Positions 49,118 to 57,966 of a stretch of DNA of 64,000 nt are shown here, piece by piece (within the stretch, counting starts at the first letter, position 1; each line of letters opens with the position of its first letter). Origin of the DNA: a virus. The position numbers and the translations under genes were made by a program. The stretch is taken from the IMG/VR virus record IMGVR_UViG_3300046096_000411, positions 29,363-93,362 of that record; one strand, given 5' to 3'. The notes under the pieces were generated by a model. That model had not been told where the DNA came from and ran no database searches. It saw only the letters and a program-made list of their open reading frames with translations.

Positions 49118-49186
49118 TTGCGTGAATTTGCGTTAAAATTAGTGCGTCATAACCACCCCCCTCGGGGGCTTCAACCCGGAGAAACC

Positions 49187-49444
49187 ATGAAACCCAAATC
49201 AACCAAAGCGCCCGAAAGCGCAAAACCCACGTCAACCACAGCGCCCGCAAGCGAACCAGGCACGGTGATCCAACATTGCAGCTTCGTGAACACGAGCGCC
49301 GCCAACGAGCACACACGCTACGCAGTCGAAGCACTGGCTGCAGCAGCCAAAGCTAACGCCGATGCGATCACGGCTATCGCCAACTGCCTCAAAGGTTCAC
49401 CGGCCACGATGGGGGTGGGGACCCGCATTCACCTGCAGGGCTAG
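49187..49444 (+). CDS. Hypothetical protein
   Basis: RBS GGAG. Confidence 0.5.
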   Translation: MKPKSTKAPESAKPTSTTAPASEPGTVIQHCSFVNTSAANEHTRYAVEALAAAAKANADAITAIANCLKGSPATMGVGTRIHLQG

Positions 49445-49508
49445 CAATAACCACCGCGCCTACACCGCGCCCACGCCTGATCACACTCCCGCAACTACGA
49501 AAGAAACC

Positions 49509-50519
49509 ATGAGTCAAGAACTTGTCACACAATCACACATGCCCGCGCCATTTGCGCAGGGACGCTCACTCGCCGCCAGCGTCAACGCCGGTGCCGTCAG
49601 CGTAGAGCAGGAACGCGCAGTCGCGGAAGCCCAGGGTCAGCTCACGCTGGCTAAGCGATTCCCTCGCGACCTGACCGCCGCTCACTCCGAGCTGATGACC
49701 GCCTGCAAGTCGCACGCGTTCGCTGCCGTCGCCTTCTACTCCAAGCCCCAAGGCGGCGGAACCGTCACTGGCCCCAGCATCCGCATGGCTGAGGAAGTGG
49801 CCCGCGTCGTCGGGAACTTTCAATATGGACATCGCGAACTGAGTCGCGACGGCAAGAAGTCCGAGGTCGAGGTGTTCGCATGGGACATGGAGAAAAACAA
49901 CTACAACAAGCGCCAGCTGACGATCATGCACGTCCGCGACACCCGCGATGGCCCAAAGACGCTGCGTGACCAAGCCGATATCGACATGAAGATCAGCAAC
50001 GTCGCCAGCAAGCAGGTGCGCGGGCTCATCCTCGCCATGATGCCCAAGTGGCTGGTCGAAGACGCGGTGCAGGAGTGCAAGAAGACACTGGCCGGCACCA
50101 ATGACGAGCCGCTAGAAGTCCGCGTCCGCAAGATGACTCAGGCCTTCGCCAAGTACGGCGTGACCACCGAGCACTTGGAAAAGCGTCTGGGGCACAAGCT
50201 GGACGCGATGCTGCTGGACGAGCTGGTCGAGATGATGGGCATCTTCAACGCTCTGCGCGAAGGCGAGCCCGCATCGGACTACTTCGGCGCACAGGAAGCC
50301 GCCGATGCTGTGGCCAACACCGCCGAGGCCATCAAAGCCACGGCAGCAGCCGCGCCACGCAAGGCAGCCGCCGCGAAGCCCGCACCAGAGCCAACCCCTG
50401 CCGCAGTGCAACAAGAAAGCAAGCCAGTGACAAAACCGAGCAATCCCGTGAAAGAGAATCCACCACCCGCGCCGGTACAGGAGCAACCTGAAGACGATAA
50501 CGGGGGCGATGTTTTCTAA
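49509..50519 (+). CDS. Putative ssDNA-annealing recombinase
   Basis: AKRFPRD...GPSIRMAE; acidic tail; context with RecE-like gene. Confidence 0.55.
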   Translation: MSQELVTQSHMPAPFAQGRSLAASVNAGAVSVEQERAVAEAQGQLTLAKRFPRDLTAAHSELMTACKSHAFAAVAFYSKPQGGGTVTGPSIRMAEEVARVVGNFQYGHRELSRDGKKSEVEVFAWDMEKNNYNKRQLTIMHVRDTRDGPKTLRDQADIDMKISNVASKQVRGLILAMMPKWLVEDAVQECKKTLAGTNDEPLEVRVRKMTQAFAKYGVTTEHLEKRLGHKLDAMLLDELVEMMGIFNALREGEPASDYFGAQEAADAVANTAEAIKATAAAAPRKAAAAKPAPEPTPAAVQQESKPVTKPSNPVKENPPPAPVQEQPEDDNGGDVF

Positions 50520-50737
50520 TGACCACGGCACGGTTTTTGAGCGCGCAGGAAGTCTCAAATCGCTACGAAGGCAAGATCAGCATTAGAACGCTGGCCAACT
50601 GGCGAAACCTAGGCTCCGGCCCGCCTTATTCGAAAATTGGAGGACGCGTACTGTACCCATCAGAGAAGCTGGTGGAGTGGGAACAGCGCAACACAGTGAA
50701 ATCCACCAGCGAATACTCAAGAGGTAACAAAGCATGA
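50519..50737 (+). CDS. Excisionase-like HTH protein
   Basis: TLANWRNLGSGPPYSKIGGRVLY. Confidence 0.8.
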   Translation: MTTARFLSAQEVSNRYEGKISIRTLANWRNLGSGPPYSKIGGRVLYPSEKLVEWEQRNTVKSTSEYSRGNKA

Positions 50738-51006
50738 AAAAGTCAGAACTGGCCAAGGCCATCGCGGAAAAAGCAGGCATCACCAACGTCAAGGCGAACG
50801 AGTGCCTCGAAGCGCTGGCTACGATCACCGGTGAACAGCTGGCAGCGGGGCAGGAGATGATCCTCCCCGGCATCGGAAAGTTCAGCACCACGATGCGCGC
50901 CGAGCGCCCAGGGCGCAACGTGAGGACCGGCAAGAGCATCACCATCAAGGCGTCGACCGGGGTGAAGTTCAAAGTCGCGTCATCCCTCAAGGACGCAGTT
51001 CAATAA
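50734..51006 (+). CDS. hup: HU-like DNA-binding protein
   Basis: MKKSELAKAIA...GIGKF...GRNVRTG...LKDAV. Confidence 0.9.
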   Translation: MKKSELAKAIAEKAGITNVKANECLEALATITGEQLAAGQEMILPGIGKFSTTMRAERPGRNVRTGKSITIKASTGVKFKVASSLKDAVQ

Positions 51007-51030
51007 AAAAACGGGGCCTTCGGGCCCCGG
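51005..51030 (-). terminator. Terminator-like hairpin, oriented antisense to the operon
   Basis: A-run plus GGGGCC-TTCG-GGCCCC. Confidence 0.5.
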
Positions 51031-51048
51031 TTCATTCTCGGGAGGTGT

Positions 51049-52167
51049 ATGAGTTGGAGTCCCCAGCAAGACCAAGCCATCAAGGCGGTCAAAGATTGGC
51101 TCGCTGACAAGCGCAGCCCCCAAATTTTCCGCCTGTTCGGTTACGCCGGATCGGGCAAGACAACCCTCGCAAAGCACATGGCTGAGGATGTAGACGGTGA
51201 GGTGCTGTACATGGCCTTCACTGGCAAGGCTGCGCTGGTGTTGCGCAAGAAAGGCTGCGTCGGCGCCAGCACCATCCACAGCGCCATCTACAAGCCAGAG
51301 GAAGACCCCGTCACCGGGCACATGGAGTTTAAGCTGAACCCTGACAGCCCAGTGGCCACGGCCGGGCTGGTGGTGGTGGACGAGGTGTCGATGGTCGGCG
51401 AAGACCTCGCCCGCGACCTGCTCTCCTTTGGCTCCAAGGTGCTGGTGCTCGGCGACCCAGCCCAGCTCCCGCCGGTCAAGGGAGAGGGGTTCTTTATCAA
51501 CGCGCAGCCCGACGTGATGCTCACCGAGGTACACCGCCAGGCAGCGGAGAATCCGATTATTCGTATGAGCATGGATGTGCGCGAGGGCCGCGGGCTGGCT
51601 CCAGGAGCCTACGGCACCAGTCAGGTCATCCTGCGCGCGGAAATCGACCGCGATCAACTGCGGGACATGGTGATGGCCGCAGACCAGCTGCTGTGCGGAA
51701 TGAACAAGACGCGCCAAACCTTCAACAACCGCATCCGCGAGCTGGGTGGGCGCATCGGCAGCCCGGCGCCACAGATGCCGGTGGTGGGCGACCGGCTGGT
51801 GTGCCTGAAGAACAACCGCATCAAGGGCCTGTTCAACGGCGGACTATGGGACGTGGACAAGGTGGTCCGGCGACCAGGCCGCACCGACATGCTGGTGTCG
51901 TCGGTGGATGAGCCCGGTACCATACCGGTGGATATTGAGGTGCCCGATCAGTTCTTTCTGGGTACCGAAAAGGACATGGACTGGCGCGAGCGCAAGCGGG
52001 CGGACGAGTTCACGTATGGCTACGCGCTGACGGTGCACAAATCGCAAGGTTCACAATGGGACAACGTACTCGTGTACGACGAGTCCAGCATCTTCAGGGA
52101 TGACGCCGCGAAGCATTTGTATACCGCCGTGACCCGGGCGGCGGAAAGGGTGACGGTGATCATGTGA
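51049..52167 (+). CDS. RecD/Dda-like SF1B helicase
   Basis: GYAGSGKT, DEVSM, GDPAQLPPV, HRQA, TVHKSQGS, YTAVTRA. Confidence 0.93.
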   Translation: MSWSPQQDQAIKAVKDWLADKRSPQIFRLFGYAGSGKTTLAKHMAEDVDGEVLYMAFTGKAALVLRKKGCVGASTIHSAIYKPEEDPVTGHMEFKLNPDSPVATAGLVVVDEVSMVGEDLARDLLSFGSKVLVLGDPAQLPPVKGEGFFINAQPDVMLTEVHRQAAENPIIRMSMDVREGRGLAPGAYGTSQVILRAEIDRDQLRDMVMAADQLLCGMNKTRQTFNNRIRELGGRIGSPAPQMPVVGDRLVCLKNNRIKGLFNGGLWDVDKVVRRPGRTDMLVSSVDEPGTIPVDIEVPDQFFLGTEKDMDWRERKRADEFTYGYALTVHKSQGSQWDNVLVYDESSIFRDDAAKHLYTAVTRAAERVTVIM

Positions 52168-52720
52168 CCCACCAAGACAAAACCTACATCGCCGCAAAAC
52201 CCGGCCAGGTCTACTGGCGCCACGAGAAGTGCCCACACCGCAGCTCCAAGGTGCTCCTGCTGACCGTCGGCGGCATCTGCGTCACCGGCAGCTGGTACGG
52301 AGACGTGGGCCAATATTTCCTGGCTTGGTCACCCATGCCGAAAACGGGCGAGCCACCGCCAGACATTCGCAGCGAGTCGCTGTGGGAGCGCGTGAAGTAC
52401 GCCGTCAGGCTGGTGGCGGGGTGGGCGTGAAGCGCACCGATTGGTACCGGCCGGATCAGGTGCCAGCCAGGCGCGGCTGGTACGAGCGCGACCACCGCCG
52501 GGTGCCGTACCAGAACCGGGAAGACCAGCGAATCAGCCTCGACCTCTGGGAGCCGGTGCGCGACCGGCGAAGCATCCTGTACCCGGGCGTGTGGTACGTC
52601 CAGGGCGAGCCGTACTGGTACATGCACCCGCTCACCGGGCAGCGCGTGCTGTCGGACAACATCAACGACGCCAGCTACCAGAACCTGCCGTGGCGGGGGG
52701 TGGTGGGGCCCCGGGAGTGA
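52164..52720 (+). CDS. Two small ORFs (52164-52430, 52427-52720)
   Basis: GTGA-coupled starts. Confidence 0.5.
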
Positions 52721-52723
52721 AGT

Positions 52724-53010
<287 letters not shown>

Positions 53011-53039
53011 AACTTCACTCCTACCAGGGCCGAAGCCCT

Positions 53040-53265
53040 GCGCCCTATTAGCGCCCTTAACAGTCGACCGCAACCAAAAAACCCAGCAATCTCAAGCAAA
53101 AATTTTGCTGGACTTAGTGTTTAAGAGTGGCGAGAATCAAGCATCCCGCAAATACACGGAGATGCCAAAAAGCACGCGATTTCAACCGATTACTCGAATC
53201 CACTTATCACGCAATCACCCATACATTCCCCGCATATCCCGGCGTTTTGCGCCCTACTAGCGCCC
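53040..53265. other. Putative attP: 17-bp direct repeats flanking an anticodon-loop-like core
   Basis: GCGCCCTA(T/C)TAGCGCCC at 53040 and 53249; TTAAGAGT at 53121-53128. Confidence 0.55.
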
Positions 53266-53316
53266 CAAATTCTGGAGCGCGGCGCGAGCCGGGAAAAAAG
53301 GGCGCAAGAGGACAAC

Positions 53317-54483
53317 ATGCCAAAACTCACCAAAACCACCGTCGACAACCTCAAGCCAACCGCCACCGAACTGTGGGTCTGGTGCTCCGAACTCCCCGGC
53401 TTTGGAGTGCGCTGCCAGCCCAGCGGCAACAAAACCTACATCGCCCGCTACCGCACCCAGGACGGCACCCAGCGCAAGCAGAAGATCGCCCGCACCTGCG
53501 ACATGCCGCCGGACAAAGCCCGCGACCTGGCGCGCAAGGTCTTCGCCGCCGTAGCCGAAGGCAAAGACCCCAAGCAGGAGCAGCGCGAAGCCAAAGCCGC
53601 CCCCACGGTGACCGAGCTGTCCGAGCGCTACATGAAAGAGCACGCCGAGCCCTTCAAGAAAGACGCCAGCGTGCGCAGCGACGCCAACAACTGGCGCCTC
53701 CACATCCTGCCCGCCATGGGCAGCAAGAAAGTGCGCGCCATCACCAAGGCCGACGTGCTGGGGCTCATGGGCAAGATGACCGACAAGCCAGCAGCCGCCA
53801 ATCAGGTCGTGGCCCTGCTCAGCAAGTCCTTCAACCTCGCGGAAGACTGGGGATGGCGCGACACCAACAGCAACCCATGCCGTCGCGTCAAAAAGTACAA
53901 GATCGCCGAGAAAGAGCTGATCCTCAGCCACACCGAAATAGGCGTGCTCGACAAGGCCATGACCGACATGGTGGGCGGCGGAACCCTGCGCCCCGAGTTT
54001 GCCTCCTTCATCCGCCTGCTGATGCTCACCGGCTGCCGAAAGAGCGAAGTCATGCTGGCACGCTGCGAGTGGATCGACTTGGAACGCGGCCTCCTGCTGC
54101 TGCCCGACTCCAAGGTCGGCCAGCGCAAGATTGCCATGTCACCAGCGGCCATCCAGATCGCCAAGGCGCTCATCGCCAACGGCGGCGAATGGCTCATCCC
54201 CGGGCGGCGCGTCGGCAAGCCACTCCAGACCCCGTACAAAGTCTGGAAAGCCGTGAAGGAAGCCGCAGGCCTGCCCGTTGAACTGCGCCTCCACGACCTG
54301 CGGCACAGCGCCGGGTCACTGGCACACATGGCAGGAGCCAGCCAGAAGCAGGTGGCCACCATGCTCGGCCACAGCCAGCTCAGCACCACCGAGCGATACC
54401 TGCACGGCATGACCGGCGACGCGGCCGCTACAGCGGCCAAGATCAGCGAAGTGATTACCAAGGCGTGGGCGACGCAGGCGTGA
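53317..54483 (+). CDS. int: Tyrosine integrase with N-terminal arm-binding domain
   Basis: LPGFGVR, TGCRKSE, HDLRH, LGH, TTERY. Confidence 0.96.
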   Translation: MPKLTKTTVDNLKPTATELWVWCSELPGFGVRCQPSGNKTYIARYRTQDGTQRKQKIARTCDMPPDKARDLARKVFAAVAEGKDPKQEQREAKAAPTVTELSERYMKEHAEPFKKDASVRSDANNWRLHILPAMGSKKVRAITKADVLGLMGKMTDKPAAANQVVALLSKSFNLAEDWGWRDTNSNPCRRVKKYKIAEKELILSHTEIGVLDKAMTDMVGGGTLRPEFASFIRLLMLTGCRKSEVMLARCEWIDLERGLLLLPDSKVGQRKIAMSPAAIQIAKALIANGGEWLIPGRRVGKPLQTPYKVWKAVKEAAGLPVELRLHDLRHSAGSLAHMAGASQKQVATMLGHSQLSTTERYLHGMTGDAAATAAKISEVITKAWATQA

Positions 54484-54535
54484 CGTGACAATAACAACGG
54501 CTCCAATCCGGGGCCGTTGTTACATTGAGAAAAAA

Positions 54536-54763
54536 ATGAGTTTGGAAGACAAAGCGCAAGAATACGAAGCCAAGGAATGGGAGGCGAGAAACGCGCCTCG
54601 GCCGCAGCTTCCTACATACGCACCAGGCGACCCGGGGTACGGGCCAAAGGAATGCTACCAGTGCGACGGAGTCGTGCACCCCGTGCGCCGCGCCAATGGC
54701 TGGCGGCTGTGCACATCCTGCCAGTCCGCCCGCGAAATCGTCACCGCCCGGCTGGCGCGCTGA
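54536..54763 (+). CDS. TraR/DksA-like C4 zinc-finger protein
   Basis: EDKAQEYE...CYQC...RR...LCTSCQ. Confidence 0.75.
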   Translation: MSLEDKAQEYEAKEWEARNAPRPQLPTYAPGDPGYGPKECYQCDGVVHPVRRANGWRLCTSCQSAREIVTARLAR

Positions 54764-55055
54764 CGGCATCCACCGCCTGCCGGTGGCGGTCTTGGCACTC
54801 GCGGTACATCCGCGCCGTATTCACGCCCCAGCGCAGCACAGAACCAGCGGTCCCGTCCACGGGGTCGCTCAGATCAGGGCACGGCTGTCGCAGGTTTGCC
54901 GGTATCGCCGGCACCGCCGTGGATGGCGTCCGAAAGGACGCGCAGCCCTGAAGCGTCAAGGCAAATATTGCGGTACACAGGCCGCTCCACAATCCGGTCC
55001 ACCGTTTCGGTGATAGTCTGATACACGACACGCTCGCGCTCCTTAAAAACTTCAT
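54741..55055 (-). CDS. Outer-membrane spanin (Rz1-like); start uncertain
   Basis: Lipobox LQGC, Pro-rich, overlaps Rz in another frame. Confidence 0.7.
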   Translation of the reverse strand: MKFLRSASVSCIRLSPKRWTGLWSGLCTAIFALTLQGCASFRTPSTAVPAIPANLRQPCPDLSDPVDGTAGSVLRWGVNTARMYRECQDRHRQAVDAVSAPAGR

Positions 55056-55230
55056 GCGTGGCAGCGGCCGTGTCGGCCTTGCGGGCGCGCAGACGCACCA
55101 ACTCGGCGGCATCCTCTATCCGCTCCAGCTCGGCAGAATCTCGTCGCCAGCCCTGCGCAGTCCAGCCCGAGCCGAAGGCCACGGCAGCAGCCACAGCGCC
55201 GACAATCAAGTGCGACTGGAACGGGATCAT
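54874..55230 (-). CDS. Inner-membrane spanin (Rz-like)
   Basis: N-terminal TM, GWTAQGWR, coiled coil. Confidence 0.8.
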   Translation of the reverse strand: MIPFQSHLIVGAVAAAVAFGSGWTAQGWRRDSAELERIEDAAELVRLRARKADTAAATHEVFKERERVVYQTITETVDRIVERPVYRNICLDASGLRVLSDAIHGGAGDTGKPATAVP

Positions 55231-55859
55231 CCCAGCGCCTCGTCGGCTCGCGCAGCAAGCGCCAGCGTGTCAGCGAGGCCGATGGTGCCGCCGTTCACCC
55301 GCCTGCGCACCAGCTTGCCGTTGCCCATGATGGCGTCGGGAATGTTGCCCTCCCACCATGCAATGCAGACACGCAAGGCTTCCGCCGTTGGCTGGCGCAG
55401 CAGTTCTGGATTGTGGAAAACCTGAACACCAGTCGCAGCCTGAACGGCGCGCATGTTGTCGGCACCAGTGATCTGAATGAGGCCGGAGCCACGATACCGC
55501 CAGCCGTCGCCGGGGTTCACGTTACCCATGCGGCCACCATACACGCGGTTAGCCAGCGCCTCGGGGTTACGCAGGTACGGAGCCTCGTCGATAAGGGATT
55601 TGAACCGCGTCGGCCACGTTGCCATAAGCCGGCCAGGCGTGCGGTAGTACAAGTCCTCCTCCAGCTTATCGAAGCGGGCGGACTCGTGGAGCACCTGGGC
55701 GAGAAAGTCGTCAATCTCAGCATCGCCGAGGCTGAATGTTCCCGGCTGAATGACCTCTGCAAAGACCGTCGACCACTTTGCTGCGTTGATCGGTTTCACA
55801 CCGAGCTGAATAAAAATTCCATTCCAATCCGGTGCTGTGCGATTCATCCCCGTCTCCAT
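55227..55859 (-). CDS. Endolysin, glycoside hydrolase family 19
   Basis: FLAQVLHES, ANRVYGGRMGN, GDGWRYRGSGLIQITG, VNGG. Confidence 0.92.
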   Translation of the reverse strand: METGMNRTAPDWNGIFIQLGVKPINAAKWSTVFAEVIQPGTFSLGDAEIDDFLAQVLHESARFDKLEEDLYYRTPGRLMATWPTRFKSLIDEAPYLRNPEALANRVYGGRMGNVNPGDGWRYRGSGLIQITGADNMRAVQAATGVQVFHNPELLRQPTAEALRVCIAWWEGNIPDAIMGNGKLVRRRVNGGTIGLADTLALAARADEALG

Positions 55860-56098
55860 TTGCGGAACTTAATTACTGTTCCAACTGCGTAGATGGCTAC
55901 CCCGTAGGCAAGTACCGTACAGGATTCATTGGCTGTGCCCGGTGACTGCAACATCGTCGCCATCTTGAGAACAGCGCCAATACACACTCCGGATAGACCT
56001 ATGCGCTGAACCAGATTGTCCTCAAACCCATGGTAGAGGACTGCGGCCGCCGAGATTGAGGCCACCAGGAAATACGGCAGCAGCGATAGCATGATCAT
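55844..56098 (-). CDS. Holin/antiholin-like membrane protein
   Basis: Three TM helices; upstream of endolysin. Confidence 0.6.
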   Translation of the reverse strand: MIMLSLLPYFLVASISAAAVLYHGFEDNLVQRIGLSGVCIGAVLKMATMLQSPGTANESCTVLAYGVAIYAVGTVIKFRKWRRG

Positions 56099-56415
56099 GC
56101 CCCCAGTTTGCGCTTTAATGCAGACCAGGCGTCAGCGGATATTTGCTTGGCGTCTGTAACGAGGATCACCTCGTAAATCTTCGCCATGATGGCCATGCCA
56201 AACAGGCCAATCAAGAAGCCCACTAAGCCCTCAGCGTCTTTGACGCCGACCCACTGAGCGGCTGGCGTTGTTGCGTAATAACTCAGCGAAGCGCCGCCAA
56301 TACCCATGAAAATACGTTCGGCGACAGTGCCTTGAACAAAGCGCAACGACACGACCGAACCGGCCAGCCCCGCAAGTAATTTGGCGACTGAGAAGTCCGG
56401 CGTTTGATCAACCAT
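56095..56415 (-). CDS. Holin
   Basis: TM helices, GFLIGLFG; first lysis gene. Confidence 0.7.
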   Translation of the reverse strand: MVDQTPDFSVAKLLAGLAGSVVSLRFVQGTVAERIFMGIGGASLSYYATTPAAQWVGVKDAEGLVGFLIGLFGMAIMAKIYEVILVTDAKQISADAWSALKRKLGA

Positions 56416-56478
56416 GGTGATGCGTTGAGATGTTAGATTCGGGCATGAAGCAGATTCTTGCATCACGACGACTGGGCG

Positions 56479-57288
56479 TCAGGCCTTGATGATGTAGTTC
56501 AGGATGATGGTGGGCTGCAGGTTCGTGTGCGACTGCCCACCACCGGTGTTGTCGATGGTCAACGAGTGGCTGTGCGAGCCCTGAGAGTCGGTGGCGACGC
56601 CCGCAGAGTTGGTGATACCAGTCTGCGCCACGTCCGTCGTTTTGATCGATCCGACGGACTGGTTGCCCGTGAAGTTCACACCAGTCGAGTGGGTGTGTGC
56701 ACCACCGCTGGCTGCGGTACCGGTGTGGCTGTGCGCTGGAACGTGGTTCGTGCCAAGGGCCACCACATGGTTGCCGCTCTTGTCGCCCAGGGTCGCGCCG
56801 TCCACCACGCCAAAGCGGATCGACGTGCTGCCGGTGCTGGTGCTGTTTACGGACAGAGTAACTTGCGTGGCGCTGTCGATGCTGTTGATGACAGCGCTGG
56901 CCCCGATGCCGGTGCCAAATGCCTTCATGCCGACGGCTAGGCCGGAGGTCGAAGACAGCCCGGTAATAACGCCCGAGCTGGTGGACGCCTTGGTCCCGGT
57001 TAGCGTGACGTTGAGCACGCCGGCACCAGAGCCGCCCATGTCGTCTTTGCCGCCAACAACGCGACCGCGCATGTCTGGCAGAGTGAACGTGGTGCTGCCA
57101 TCGCCCACCCCGTAGTTCGTGCCAATCACGCCAAACAGGGTGGCGTATGTGGTCCGGCTGACGGTCTGGCCAGCGCACAACAACCAATCAGTGGGTGCAG
57201 TCTCCCCAGCGAACGGGAGAATGGAACCAGCGGGCGCAAGGCCGCCGGCGACTGAGGCAATTAGTGATAAGTTTCTGGCAAAGCTCAT
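56479..57288 (-). CDS. Tail collar domain protein
   Basis: PAGSILPFAG...WLLCAGQ...TTFTLPDMRGR...NLQPTIILNYIIK. Confidence 0.9.
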   Translation of the reverse strand: MSFARNLSLIASVAGGLAPAGSILPFAGETAPTDWLLCAGQTVSRTTYATLFGVIGTNYGVGDGSTTFTLPDMRGRVVGGKDDMGGSGAGVLNVTLTGTKASTSSGVITGLSSTSGLAVGMKAFGTGIGASAVINSIDSATQVTLSVNSTSTGSTSIRFGVVDGATLGDKSGNHVVALGTNHVPAHSHTGTAASGGAHTHSTGVNFTGNQSVGSIKTTDVAQTGITNSAGVATDSQGSHSHSLTIDNTGGGQSHTNLQPTIILNYIIKA

Positions 57289-57323
57289 AAAACTCCAGTG
57301 ATGCGGTTAAACACCGCGCAAAA

Positions 57324-57953
57324 TCAGTACAACCAGCGCCGAAAGCGCAGCTTGTCCGTGGTCGTGGCTCCAACTGTCAAGACAACCGAGACGCCGCTGC
57401 TTGCAGTGAAGTCATCGCCATCGCCGAAAAGCATGGAGCCATTCAGGTACACATCAATCTTGCCCACGGTGTACCCGCCGGTGATCGTGAAAAGCGTTTG
57501 CCCGTTACTGCCCGGCACCACGACCTCATCGGAGAACAGCGCACCGACAGCAGCCTTGGCGCGAGCCGTCGTGAAGTAGAGGTTCGTCGAGCCCTCGGTG
57601 ACCTCGTCCGTTGAACCGGGCGAGCCGACGATTTCCACGTAGGCCGAGCCGCCCCAGCGATACTGGGCGTTGTCGTTCAGCGTGATGTAAACCTTGCCGG
57701 ACTCGCCGGTTACAGGGAGGGCGGCAAAGTTGGCGGCCTCCAGGACGTCGTCGACAAACGACGGCAGCTGCGCCGATGGCACCTTGCCACCAACCAAGTC
57801 AGCCTTAAGCGGCAACGCCTGGTCTTGGGCGTTCAGGGCTGCATCCACGCTCGTCAGAGCCTCGCGCAGCCGCGCCACGTCATCCTGCAGGACGTTATTC
57901 TGGTTTGGCAGTGCCAGGTTGTAGTGCGTGGTTCTGTCGTTGATTATTGGCAT
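57324..57953 (-). CDS. Tail fibre-associated protein
   Basis: GKVPSAQLPSFVDDV, TEGSTNLYFT. Confidence 0.7.
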   Translation of the reverse strand: MPIINDRTTHYNLALPNQNNVLQDDVARLREALTSVDAALNAQDQALPLKADLVGGKVPSAQLPSFVDDVLEAANFAALPVTGESGKVYITLNDNAQYRWGGSAYVEIVGSPGSTDEVTEGSTNLYFTTARAKAAVGALFSDEVVVPGSNGQTLFTITGGYTVGKIDVYLNGSMLFGDGDDFTASSGVSVVLTVGATTTDKLRFRRWLY

Positions 57954-57966
57954 TTACAGCTCCGGG

